A stretch of 27,953 nucleotides of DNA from a virus (Duplodnaviria; Caudoviricetes), in the IMG/VR virus record IMGVR_UViG_3300035183_000072, positions 1 through 27,953 of that record; one strand, given 5' to 3'. Shown piece by piece: positions 18,928-25,440 of the stretch. Position 1 is the stretch's first letter, and each line of letters begins with the position of its first letter. The notes below the pieces were generated by a model, which saw only the letters and a list, made by a program, of their open reading frames with translations, had not been told where the DNA came from and made no database searches. Both the position numbers and the translations under genes were made by a program.

Positions 18928-19110
18928 TCATGCTGCCGACGCGATACGGTACTGCATCGACCGAACTTCGCGCGACTCGGCAGCGTACACGTCCTCGAGG
19001 ATCTCGCGCTGGTACTCGATCCAGTCGTCATCCTCGGTACGCATCTCGCACGCGCCACCGAGAGGGCGGTGCGGGAACCTGTAAGCAGGACACCTGCAGA
19101 CGCGTTTCAT
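18928..19110 (-). CDS. small Cys/His protein (C.C.AY.FPHR..GG.C)
   Basis: AGGAGGT RBS; possible Zn ligands. Confidence 0.65.
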   Translation of the reverse strand: MKRVCRCPAYRFPHRPLGGACEMRTEDDDWIEYQREILEDVYAAESREVRSMQYRIASAA

Positions 19111-19119
19111 GGTGACCTC

Positions 19120-19329
19120 CTAGTGGATGGAGTACACGGTCTTGACCTTCTTGGCGTAGCCGCCGACGTCACCGAGGATTCGCCTGATCGACTCGGCGGT
19201 CACTGGGATGTCCATCTCCTGAACCGAGACGTAATCCTCCCCAATACTCTTGGCGACCTCGATTGCCTCGGACTTTCGCAGTTTGCAGTCGACGTCCTTT
19301 CCAAGGTGACTGACAACGTAGAACTTCAT
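19120..19329 (-). CDS. hypothetical protein
   Basis: GGGAGA RBS; operon packing. Confidence 0.65.
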   Translation of the reverse strand: MKFYVVSHLGKDVDCKLRKSEAIEVAKSIGEDYVSVQEMDIPVTAESIRRILGDVGGYAKKVKTVYSIH

Positions 19330-19350
19330 TACTAGTCTCCCTTCTGAATG

Positions 19351-19370
19351 GGGCCGGGTTTCCCCGGCCC
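19351..19370 (-). other. GNRA hairpin GGGCCGGG-GAAA-CCCGGCCC after the DUF932 gene
   Basis: Perfect 8-bp GC stem with no U-tract; a stabiliser, pause site or weak terminator. Confidence 0.6.
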
Positions 19371-19376
19371 GTTGGT

Positions 19377-20354
19377 TCAGGAAACCGCCTCAACAAGAGC
19401 ATCGGCGGCGCGCGACTTGATCTCGTCACCCCTGCCGAACCATGCGGAGTCGAGGCGCGTATCGTTCCGACCCATGACGTGGTCGACGTACCAAGTGACG
19501 GAGTTAAGCAGACCCCACGCGGTGCCTTTCGCCTCAGGCAACGTGGCCATCGGCTCATCACCGTCGAAGAGGGCGAGGATCTTCTTGAACGACCGCGTCT
19601 CCTCGATGGGCTTGTTGTTCGGGTGCGGCAGAATCTTGGCGAGGAAGTCCTTGGCGAACGACCGGTCAACCTTGGACTCTGCAAGCAGGCGCGCGTTGAT
19701 TAGGAACCGATCCCACGCGTCGTGCACGATGCCGAGCTTGCGGCGCACCTCGTCGATATCTAGGTGCTCGTAGTGGTTGACCTTGACGCAGTCGACGACT
19801 GCGCCGCCAGTTTTCGACGCCTCCGACACCGCCATGCGGAGCGTGTTGTTGCACACGACCCGCACAGAAGTGAACCTGAACGTCGACGCCATCGTGCCGT
19901 CGTACGACGTGGCGGCGAGGATATACGGGCGCACGATATCATGCCCGATAACTGGCGCTCCATCGTTAACTCGGGCGAGCGCCCAAATCTTGCGGCCACC
20001 GAGCATGGCCCCGGCGACCTCCATGCGGAACCCGGCGCGGTGGACCATGTCCCGCATGAACTGCAGAATCTGGTGGGGCTGGACGACCTTGTAGTCGTCC
20101 GAAACGATGGAGAGGAAGCCGCCAGTGTCGCTCCGGTAGAGCGCCACCCGGTTCGGTACGACCCTCATGTTGCCGCCGCTTACAGGCCCGTAAGCGACCT
20201 CAGAACTGAGCGCCGACCAAGCGAGTCCGGCCTTGTCGCGCCAGACTTCGATTGGCGAATCGGAATCAATCTGCGCCCCGAACCGGTGCCACGGTGCGGC
20301 ACCGGCGAATGCGATGGCCGGTCGGCCAGCAGTGAAGTCCAGATCGTGTGACAC
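19377..20354 (-). CDS. DUF932/DUF945 family protein
   Basis: PWH.FG, AGL.W, RSDT...L..VS..YKVVQ, AG...GGRKIWALA, SYDG, VRVVCNNTL, GTAWGLLN.VT.YVDH, SAWFG.G; GTG start at 20354. Confidence 0.9.
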   Translation of the reverse strand: MSHDLDFTAGRPAIAFAGAAPWHRFGAQIDSDSPIEVWRDKAGLAWSALSSEVAYGPVSGGNMRVVPNRVALYRSDTGGFLSIVSDDYKVVQPHQILQFMRDMVHRAGFRMEVAGAMLGGRKIWALARVNDGAPVIGHDIVRPYILAATSYDGTMASTFRFTSVRVVCNNTLRMAVSEASKTGGAVVDCVKVNHYEHLDIDEVRRKLGIVHDAWDRFLINARLLAESKVDRSFAKDFLAKILPHPNNKPIEETRSFKKILALFDGDEPMATLPEAKGTAWGLLNSVTWYVDHVMGRNDTRLDSAWFGRGDEIKSRAADALVEAVS

Positions 20355-20367
20355 TGTTCCCCCCTTT

Positions 20368-20706
20368 TTAGGCGACCTGCGACAACCGCAGGCCCATGCA
20401 GTTGACCAAGAAATACTGCGGGTTGAAGTCTCCCCACTCGGCAGCCTTCGGCCCGAGCAGGGCCCCCTTCTTCGCGACGTTGTCGTACACCGCGAAGCAG
20501 TCTTGGGAAAACCGTTCGCACAACGCCGCCGCCTCCTCTGGCGACGGTTCACGGCTGATCTCGCAGATGAGAGTCGGCTCCGTGTCCGACTCTGCGAAGC
20601 AGATGCCAGCCGGGTGAAGTCCCATATTGGTCATCGTCTCGATGACTTCGTGCGGGTAGACGTCGCCACCCTTGTTGGTGACGAGCCCAAAATTGATCTT
20701 GATCAT
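20368..20706 (-). CDS. hypothetical protein
   Basis: GGAGG RBS; QDC.AV...G.L.GP.A..WG.FNP.YF pattern. Confidence 0.7.
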   Translation of the reverse strand: MIKINFGLVTNKGGDVYPHEVIETMTNMGLHPAGICFAESDTEPTLICEISREPSPEEAAALCERFSQDCFAVYDNVAKKGALLGPKAAEWGDFNPQYFLVNCMGLRLSQVA

Positions 20707-20707
20707 C

Positions 20708-20947
20708 CTAGCCCTCCAGCTTCACGGTAACGTACAGCGGCTCGAATGCGAATTCTTGTTCTGCAGCGCGAGCCGCAGCCACTGCAGAATGAGACCACTT
20801 GACCGTCTCATACTCGGTCACGCCGTTCGAGACGGTGACGCGAAACTTTTTTTTCGGCTTGGGTGGCGAAACCCAAGCCTTGAGAATCTCGTCGAAGACA
20901 TATTCGCACTGTTTCATTTTCTCAACCATCAAGTTGCTGACCATCAT
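20708..20947 (-). CDS. hypothetical protein (start uncertain)
   Basis: Stop abuts the next start. Confidence 0.55.
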   Translation of the reverse strand: MMVSNLMVEKMKQCEYVFDEILKAWVSPPKPKKKFRVTVSNGVTEYETVKWSHSAVAAARAAEQEFAFEPLYVTVKLEG

Positions 20948-20987
20948 GGCAGGTAGCGTGACTCTCGTACATCCCGCGTTCACGCTA

Positions 20988-21194
20988 TCACGCGGTCCAC
21001 CAGTCGACGCCGCAAGCTTTTGAATTAACCGCCATTCGGCGGATGCGGTCACGCTCCTTGAACGGGAGCGTGGCCAGAAGCCTGTAGTTGCTGGCCACCC
21101 GGACCGCCGGGACGCGGCCCGTCCAGCTTTGGGCGTATACGTCCCACACGTTCACCTCGCTGGTCCGTGGAAAAAATTTGGTTTTGGTGGTCAT
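20988..21194 (-). CDS. hypothetical protein
   Basis: AAAGGAG RBS. Confidence 0.65.
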   Translation of the reverse strand: MTTKTKFFPRTSEVNVWDVYAQSWTGRVPAVRVASNYRLLATLPFKERDRIRRMAVNSKACGVDWWTA

Positions 21195-21325
21195 GGCTCG
21201 TCTCCTTTCTGATGGCTACTCGATTGTTTGCCACCCGGCAGTCCGACGCCGCCGCCCGGGCGTGTTGTTCCAGCGATCCTGCCGTTTGGCAGGACAATCA
21301 CTGCGAATGCTGCGAAGACTTCCAT
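21191..21325 (-). pseudogene. Truncated Nudix-hydrolase-like ORF (44 aa)
   Basis: MEVFAAFAVIVLPNGRIAGTTRPGGGVGLPGGK is followed by unrelated sequence; the REUXEE part of the Nudix box is absent. Confidence 0.55.
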
Positions 21326-21338
21326 GCTTTCATCCTCA

Positions 21339-21360
21339 CCCCTGAGTCACCGAGGCGCGG
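21339..21360 (-). repeat. Leader motif copy 1 (CCGCGCCTCGGTGACTCAGGGG)
   Basis: 19/22 identical to 24997-25018, at an equivalent position between promoter and ATG. Confidence 0.8.
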
Positions 21361-21388
21361 TTGACAGCACCGCGCTGTTGATGGGCGC

Positions 21389-21418
21389 ACTATGCACAAG
21401 TCAGATGTCAGTTGTCAA
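21389..21418 (-). promoter_or_regulatory. sigma70-type promoter of the inverted DUF932 cassette
   Basis: TTGACA-18-CATAGT. Confidence 0.6.
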
Positions 21419-21464
21419 CCACTCACATTCGTTTGTTGCACAAAAGCGACACCAAAACGCGGTA

Positions 21465-21493
21465 TTGCGAACTTTCCGTTTCTGTGGTAGTCT
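21465..21493 (+). promoter_or_regulatory. Putative late promoter (pR'-like)
   Basis: TTGCGA-17-TAGTCT with an extended TG. Confidence 0.6.
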
Positions 21494-21528
21494 GAATCCC
21501 GGGGCGAAGTGCGCCCTCACGATTCGTA

Positions 21529-21557
21529 GCGGCCCGGTGTTCGGGCCGTTTGTTTTT
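21529..21557 (+). terminator. Intrinsic terminator just after the late promoter (tR'-like)
   Basis: GCGGCCCGG-TGT-TCGGGCCGT followed by TTGTTTTT. Confidence 0.75.
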
Positions 21558-21584
21558 CTGGTCCGCTAGGTCGGAGACAACAAC

Positions 21585-21884
21585 GTGCAAGACGTTCTGG
21601 ATGCGGTCCTGATTATCGAAGCTGTAATCCTTGGGTTGTTCGTTCTGTTGCTCGCGGGCTGCCATATCTGGGCATGGGTCGGCTGGAAGTTGAGCCAGCG
21701 TCATACGTTTTGCGACATCGACCCACGCTGCCACGTTGCATTTGCGTGGGACAAAGACGGTAACGGATGGATTAGTAACCATCTTGTACTGCCTGCGGCC
21801 ACGCCGCACAAAGAACCGTCGAACCCGTTCGCCAGACTGCAGACGGTCGGACGCCCCACGTCACGGGGCCCTATCGCGGGGTAG
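21585..21884 (+). CDS. hypothetical protein with an N-terminal TM helix
   Basis: GGAG RBS and GTG start; the stop lies 8-10 nt inside the tRNA. Confidence 0.5.
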   Translation: MQDVLDAVLIIEAVILGLFVLLLAGCHIWAWVGWKLSQRHTFCDIDPRCHVAFAWDKDGNGWISNHLVLPAATPHKEPSNPFARLQTVGRPTSRGPIAG

Positions 21885-21950
21885 CTCAGTGGTAAGAGCG
21901 GACGGCTCATAACCGTCAGGCCGTGGGTTCGAATCCCACCCCCGCAACCA
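21875..21950 (+). tRNA. tRNA-Met(CAT) with an initiator-type acceptor stem
   Basis: 76-nt cloverleaf: CGCGGGG/CCCCGCA with a C1:A72 mismatch, loop CTCATAA, TTCGAAT, encoded CCA. Confidence 0.93.
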
Positions 21951-21967
21951 ACCGATAGGATGAAGCT

Positions 21968-22063
21968 ATGGCGAATGAAACTCTGATTGCAATTCTGCTG
22001 GTTGCTGTTGTCGCGGCGATGATGGTTTGGTCGTTCTTATCTGACGGGGGCGACGATGAGTAG
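21968..22063 (+). CDS. 31-aa single-TM protein upstream of the endolysin
   Basis: MANETLIAILLVAVVAAMMVWSFLSDGGDDE; overlaps the endolysin start. Confidence 0.5.
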   Translation: MANETLIAILLVAVVAAMMVWSFLSDGGDDE

Positions 22064-22487
22064 CAGGAGCATATACGACCTGTTGCCTAACGTCGCAGAT
22101 GCGGCGCAGCTGTGGCTAGACGACTGTGCTGCTAACAAGCTCGACGTCATCATCACATGCACATACAGGTCGCCAGAGGAGCAGGACGAGTTGTTCGCCA
22201 TCGGCAGGACGAAACCCGGTCGGATCGTCACGAACGCGCGCGGTTGGGAAAGCTGGCACCAGTACCGCCGAGCCATCGACTTTGTGCCTGTGCGCGCAGG
22301 GAAACCTGTGTGGGGTACGCTTGGTGACGACTGGGCGCTGTGGGAAGCGATTGGCCAACTTGCTGAGGCGCGCGGTTTTGAATGGGCGGCACGGTGGCGC
22401 GAAATGAGGGAGTACGCCCACATTCAGATCACCGGCGGGCTCACGATTGCAGAGGCGCGCGATCAGGTTTTCGGAAGGTGCGGATAG
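22056..22487 (+). CDS. Endolysin, peptidase M15 (L-Ala-D-Glu peptidase-like)
   Basis: TYRSPEEQDELFA.GRT.PG.IVTNA, SWH....AID, EYAH. Confidence 0.92.
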   Translation: MSSRSIYDLLPNVADAAQLWLDDCAANKLDVIITCTYRSPEEQDELFAIGRTKPGRIVTNARGWESWHQYRRAIDFVPVRAGKPVWGTLGDDWALWEAIGQLAEARGFEWAARWREMREYAHIQITGGLTIAEARDQVFGRCG

Positions 22488-22492
22488 AGGAG

Positions 22493-22855
22493 ATGGGACA
22501 AATGAATGAACCAAGCGGCGGCATCGACCCCGGTCTGACGGCGAAGGGAGTCGCAATCGCCGCCTCTGCGGTCGGTGCGGCGGTGATGGCGGCGACGAAG
22601 CCGCCTGAGAGTCGGATGCAACTCCTTCGGTACGGGATCGTTTCAATCGGTTCTGGGTTCCTGTTTGCCGAACTTGTTGCAGAGGTTGCTTCGCACTACC
22701 TCGGTATCCCGGCCACCAAGCTTGTGCTGCCTGCAGGTGGACTTGTTGGCGCAGTAGCTTGGGGAGTGTGGGGCTACGCGCGCCACATTCTTGATCAAGT
22801 GTCGTCGTCGGACGAAGGTTTGATCCCCGCGATCAAGAAGGCGATCTTCGGATGA
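22493..22855 (+). CDS. Putative holin
   Basis: Three hydrophobic segments; lies between endolysin and spanin; GAGGAG RBS. Confidence 0.65.
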   Translation: MGQMNEPSGGIDPGLTAKGVAIAASAVGAAVMAATKPPESRMQLLRYGIVSIGSGFLFAELVAEVASHYLGIPATKLVLPAGGLVGAVAWGVWGYARHILDQVSSSDEGLIPAIKKAIFG

Positions 22856-23403
22856 TTCCGTTTCTGCCTTCGTTCGGCATTACGGCATGGATGAGAATCC
22901 TGACGTACGCCGCAGTTGCGTTGTCGATTTTCATTGCCGGCAGGGCGTTCGGTATCTGGCAAGAGCGGAACGCGTGGCTCGCGCGCGAAAAGATCAGGAT
23001 CGAAGCGGAAGCTGAGGCGAAAAGAACAGAAGCGATCCTGTACGCGAGGAACTCTGAAGCCGTTGCGGAGTTGGCAAAGTCGGCAGCGGTCGAGACGGAG
23101 AAAATCAAAGTTGTTACTTCGGTTATCAGGGAAAGGGTCGAAGTCTATGTACCGAGCGATACTCCTGACTTGCCTGCTGGTTGGCGCGTGCTGCACGACG
23201 CCGCAGCCACTGGTCGTGAACCAGATCCCTCCGCCGCCGCAGGATCTGATGCGGCCACCGTCCCAGTTAAAGACGCTGCCGAAACAGTCGCCGAAAACTA
23301 CGGATCCTGCCGAGAAGACCAAGAGCGGCTGAGGCTGCTGCAGCAGTACGTGAGGGACGTAGTCCTAGGCGGAAAAGATGTTGGTCAACCCACAAACGAC
23401 TAG
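22852..23403 (+). CDS. Inner-membrane spanin (Rz-like)
   Basis: N-terminal TM, coiled coil, LHDAAA...NY..C...L..LQ.YV. Confidence 0.75.
   Translation: MIPFLPSFGITAWMRILTYAAVALSIFIAGRAFGIWQERNAWLAREKIRIEAEAEAKRTEAILYARNSEAVAELAKSAAVETEKIKVVTSVIRERVEVYVPSDTPDLPAGWRVLHDAAATGREPDPSAAAGSDAATVPVKDAAETVAENYGSCREDQERLRLLQQYVRDVVLGGKDVGQPTND
23147..23332 (+). CDS. Embedded outer-membrane lipoprotein spanin (Rz1-like)
   Basis: +1 frame inside Rz; lipobox LVGAC; Pro-rich PPPPQDLMRPP. Confidence 0.75.
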   Translation: MYRAILLTCLLVGACCTTPQPLVVNQIPPPPQDLMRPPSQLKTLPKQSPKTTDPAEKTKSG

Positions 23404-23674
23404 GTACTACGCTGAGGCGATCAAGAGCGCTGCTACCAAAAATGGATCGCCCGTCTATGTTTACTCGTGCGGCGGAGCAAAGTTTCACTGCTCACCAAAA
23501 GAAGTTGTTTCGCTTGCGCCGTTTCTGATCGGAGTCTACGACGCAGATGTTCCAGTCAGTTGGATTGAAGTTGATCTGTATGACTTCGTCTCAGGAAGCT
23601 ACTACCGGCGTGATGACCGCAGATCAGGTGGAGGCGGTGGTTGGGCTCGCATTGCGGAACTGTTGCAAGTGTGA
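23378..23674 (+). CDS. hypothetical protein
   Basis: ORF in the late operon. Confidence 0.5.
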   Translation: MLVNPQTTRYYAEAIKSAATKNGSPVYVYSCGGAKFHCSPKEVVSLAPFLIGVYDADVPVSWIEVDLYDFVSGSYYRRDDRRSGGGGGWARIAELLQV

Positions 23675-23780
23675 TGAGTGCATGGACAACCTGATCGACG
23701 ACCTGAACGACACTATCGGGGGGTGGCGGTTTGAAATGTTGTACGGCGGCATCATCAAGTTCACGAACATCACGCAATGA
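23613..23780 (+). CDS. hypothetical small protein (CCKCDEC; start uncertain)
   Basis: ATGA coupling to the next mini-ORF. Confidence 0.45.
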   Translation: MTADQVEAVVGLALRNCCKCDECMDNLIDDLNDTIGGWRFEMLYGGIIKFTNITQ

Positions 23781-23860
23781 GTTATGAAGAGTACCTTGAT
23801 GCCGTCGGTTGTATCTGGCTTACTCTCGTGTTCGTTTCGCTGCTGCTTGTGTTCTCATGA
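23777..23860 (+). CDS. 27-aa single-TM mini-protein
   Basis: MSYEEYLDAVGCIWLTLVFVSLLLVFS; ATGA overlaps at both ends. Confidence 0.55.
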   Translation: MSYEEYLDAVGCIWLTLVFVSLLLVFS

Positions 23861-24279
23861 TCCGCCTGCTCCTTGCCGCTGCGTTCCTGTTGCCGCTATC
23901 GGCTGCAGCGTCGGAGGTGGTGCTGCACCTTGGCAGCAGGCACGGTGACCGGATCAGGGGCGACGGTGAGCCGTACGTCGAGAAAAATCCGGGCGTAGGC
24001 GTCAAACTCGGCAACGCGCAGTTCGGTATCTACCGCAACTCGTGGGGCAAGGGCAGCACGTACGCGCTGGTTGACCTTGAGCCGGTCAGGTTTGGGCCCG
24101 CAAGCGTCGGCGTCTTCGTCGGCGCAGCGACCGGGTATCCCGATAGGGCGATCATGCCTGCTGCGGGGGTCGTGTGCCGGTTCAGGGTCGGTGGCGCGTC
24201 GGTGACGTTGAGGGCGCTGCCGCCGTTAGGTGGATCGTCAGGAGTCGCTGCTGTCGAGGTCGGTTGGAGATTCAGATGA
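23857..24279 (+). CDS. Outer-membrane beta-barrel, PagP-like
   Basis: Signal peptide ending SAAA; S.H, NPG.G, G.Y.NS and G...GY motifs; C-terminal V.WRF strand. Confidence 0.6.
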   Translation: MIRLLLAAAFLLPLSAAASEVVLHLGSRHGDRIRGDGEPYVEKNPGVGVKLGNAQFGIYRNSWGKGSTYALVDLEPVRFGPASVGVFVGAATGYPDRAIMPAAGVVCRFRVGGASVTLRALPPLGGSSGVAAVEVGWRFR

Positions 24280-24680
24280 AACTGATCCAGCAGGTCGGCG
24301 CGCTTGTTGTGTTTCTGGTCTCGACGTTCGCGGTCCTTGCCTACTCCGACGAGATCACGGTCGAGTTTGAAAAAGGAACTGCCGTCGTAAACCTGCGGAC
24401 ACTACGGGTTGTGCCTCTGCCTGACGGTGATACAGCATATGGCGCTAATGCCGTGCTGTTGTGGAAGGACGGCCGGAAGCTCGCCGTCACGGTCTACATC
24501 ACTGGGCGCGCAGGTTGTGGGCGCAAGCCGCACATCCTGTACCTCACCGAGTATGGCAATGACGAGGTGGCGGTTGCAGTCGTAGCGCAACCCGGCAGTC
24601 CAGACGAGCGGGTTGCCGAAGCGATCTGCGGTGCGGTTGGTAAGGCGAAGGAGACGGCGGATCAGAACAGGGCCGTCTAG
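24276..24680 (+). CDS. Secreted/periplasmic hypothetical protein
   Basis: ATGA coupling; signal peptide; two Cys. Confidence 0.6.
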   Translation: MKLIQQVGALVVFLVSTFAVLAYSDEITVEFEKGTAVVNLRTLRVVPLPDGDTAYGANAVLLWKDGRKLAVTVYITGRAGCGRKPHILYLTEYGNDEVAVAVVAQPGSPDERVAEAICGAVGKAKETADQNRAV

Positions 24681-24683
24681 GCG

Positions 24684-24709
24684 AAAAAAAGCCCGCCGGT
24701 TGGCGGGCT
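24684..24709 (-). terminator. Intrinsic terminator (U-tract on the minus strand)
   Basis: AAAAAAAGCCCGCC-GGTT-GGCGGGCT. Confidence 0.8.
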
Positions 24710-24727
24710 GTTGGTGGTGGAGTAGGC

Positions 24728-24982
24728 CTACCGGTTGCGGTAGTCGTAGGCCTTGGCTGCTAACGCTGCATTGATCGCCTTTTTCCATTCGGAGGGGGTT
24801 ATCCCCCAACTACTGCACTCGTACTGGTTGTGCGGGTGTTGGATCGCTCGCACCATTTCGCTGACTGTTCTGTTCTTGTAGCAGTAGTCCGAGAACCGTT
24901 CCCATTGCTTGATTGGAAACGGCTTCGGGGCAATTCCGATGTTGACGATCTCGGAATACTCTTCTTTGGTGATGGTTTTCAT
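24728..24982 (-). CDS. Moron-like hypothetical protein with its own promoter and terminator
   Basis: Opposite strand, more AT-rich; C..WGITP.EW..AI.AAL. Confidence 0.7.
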   Translation of the reverse strand: MKTITKEEYSEIVNIGIAPKPFPIKQWERFSDYCYKNRTVSEMVRAIQHPHNQYECSSWGITPSEWKKAINAALAAKAYDYRNR

Positions 24983-24996
24983 ACCCTAGCCTACAG

Positions 24997-25018
24997 CCCC
25001 TGACTCCCCGGGGCGCGG
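24997..25018 (-). repeat. Leader motif copy 2 (CCGCGCCCCGGGGAGTCAGGGG)
   Basis: 19/22 identical to 21339-21360. Confidence 0.8.
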
Positions 25019-25045
25019 GCGGCAGAACATCTGCCAGTGGTGAGC

Positions 25046-25074
25046 AATGTAGCGCGGTGCAGCAGAAAAGTCAA
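25046..25074 (-). promoter_or_regulatory. sigma70-type promoter of the moron
   Basis: TTGACT-17-TACATT. Confidence 0.7.
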
Positions 25075-25112
25075 GACATATGACAGCGTGACATGTAACA
25101 ACGGAGGGTGGC

Positions 25113-25319
25113 GTGATCGAGGTCATCATCGCGGCGGCGACGGCAACGGCGGTTCCAGAAAAGTGGCCATTGTGGCCTGAATTCTGGTCAAGGTATGAGG
25201 CGCACGCTGCGGTGTATCAGGCGGAGAAGAGGAAGAAAGATGCTGCCAAGCGGATGGAGGATCAACGTCGAGGAGACGGTGGCCGGGGAAATAAGGCTAC
25301 TGATCGAGTCACCAAGTAG
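25113..25319 (+). CDS. hypothetical protein
   Basis: GGAGG RBS, GTG start. Confidence 0.5.
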   Translation: MIEVIIAAATATAVPEKWPLWPEFWSRYEAHAAVYQAEKRKKDAAKRMEDQRRGDGGRGNKATDRVTK

Positions 25320-25440
25320 CGGCGGAGCGGTATTTACGGTTCCCGCATGTTCTGCAAGGGGTGAAATTCTCCGCAAGTTGGCGGCGGAAATTAGGAAAGA
25401 GGATGGCGCAACAGAAACCGAAACACCGGCCCGGCCGTAG
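25240..25440 (+). CDS. hypothetical protein
   Basis: ATG at 25240 after GAGG; overlaps terS. Confidence 0.45.
   Translation: MLPSGWRINVEETVAGEIRLLIESPSSGGAVFTVPACSARGEILRKLAAEIRKEDGATETETPARP

Noticed and set aside
20355-20552. N-terminal extension of the DUF932 ORF in the ORF track
   Set aside because: It overlaps the better-supported 20368-20706 gene, and family-like sequence starts at GTG 20354.
14320-21480. Shared 11-mer AACTTTCCGTT in the 14304-45 hairpin and the late promoter spacer
   Set aside because: Repeated 11-mers are expected by chance in 28 kb, and the contexts differ.
22493-22504. Holin dual-start motif M-G-Q-M
   Set aside because: It lacks the basic residue of the lambda S107-type motif, so evidence is insufficient.
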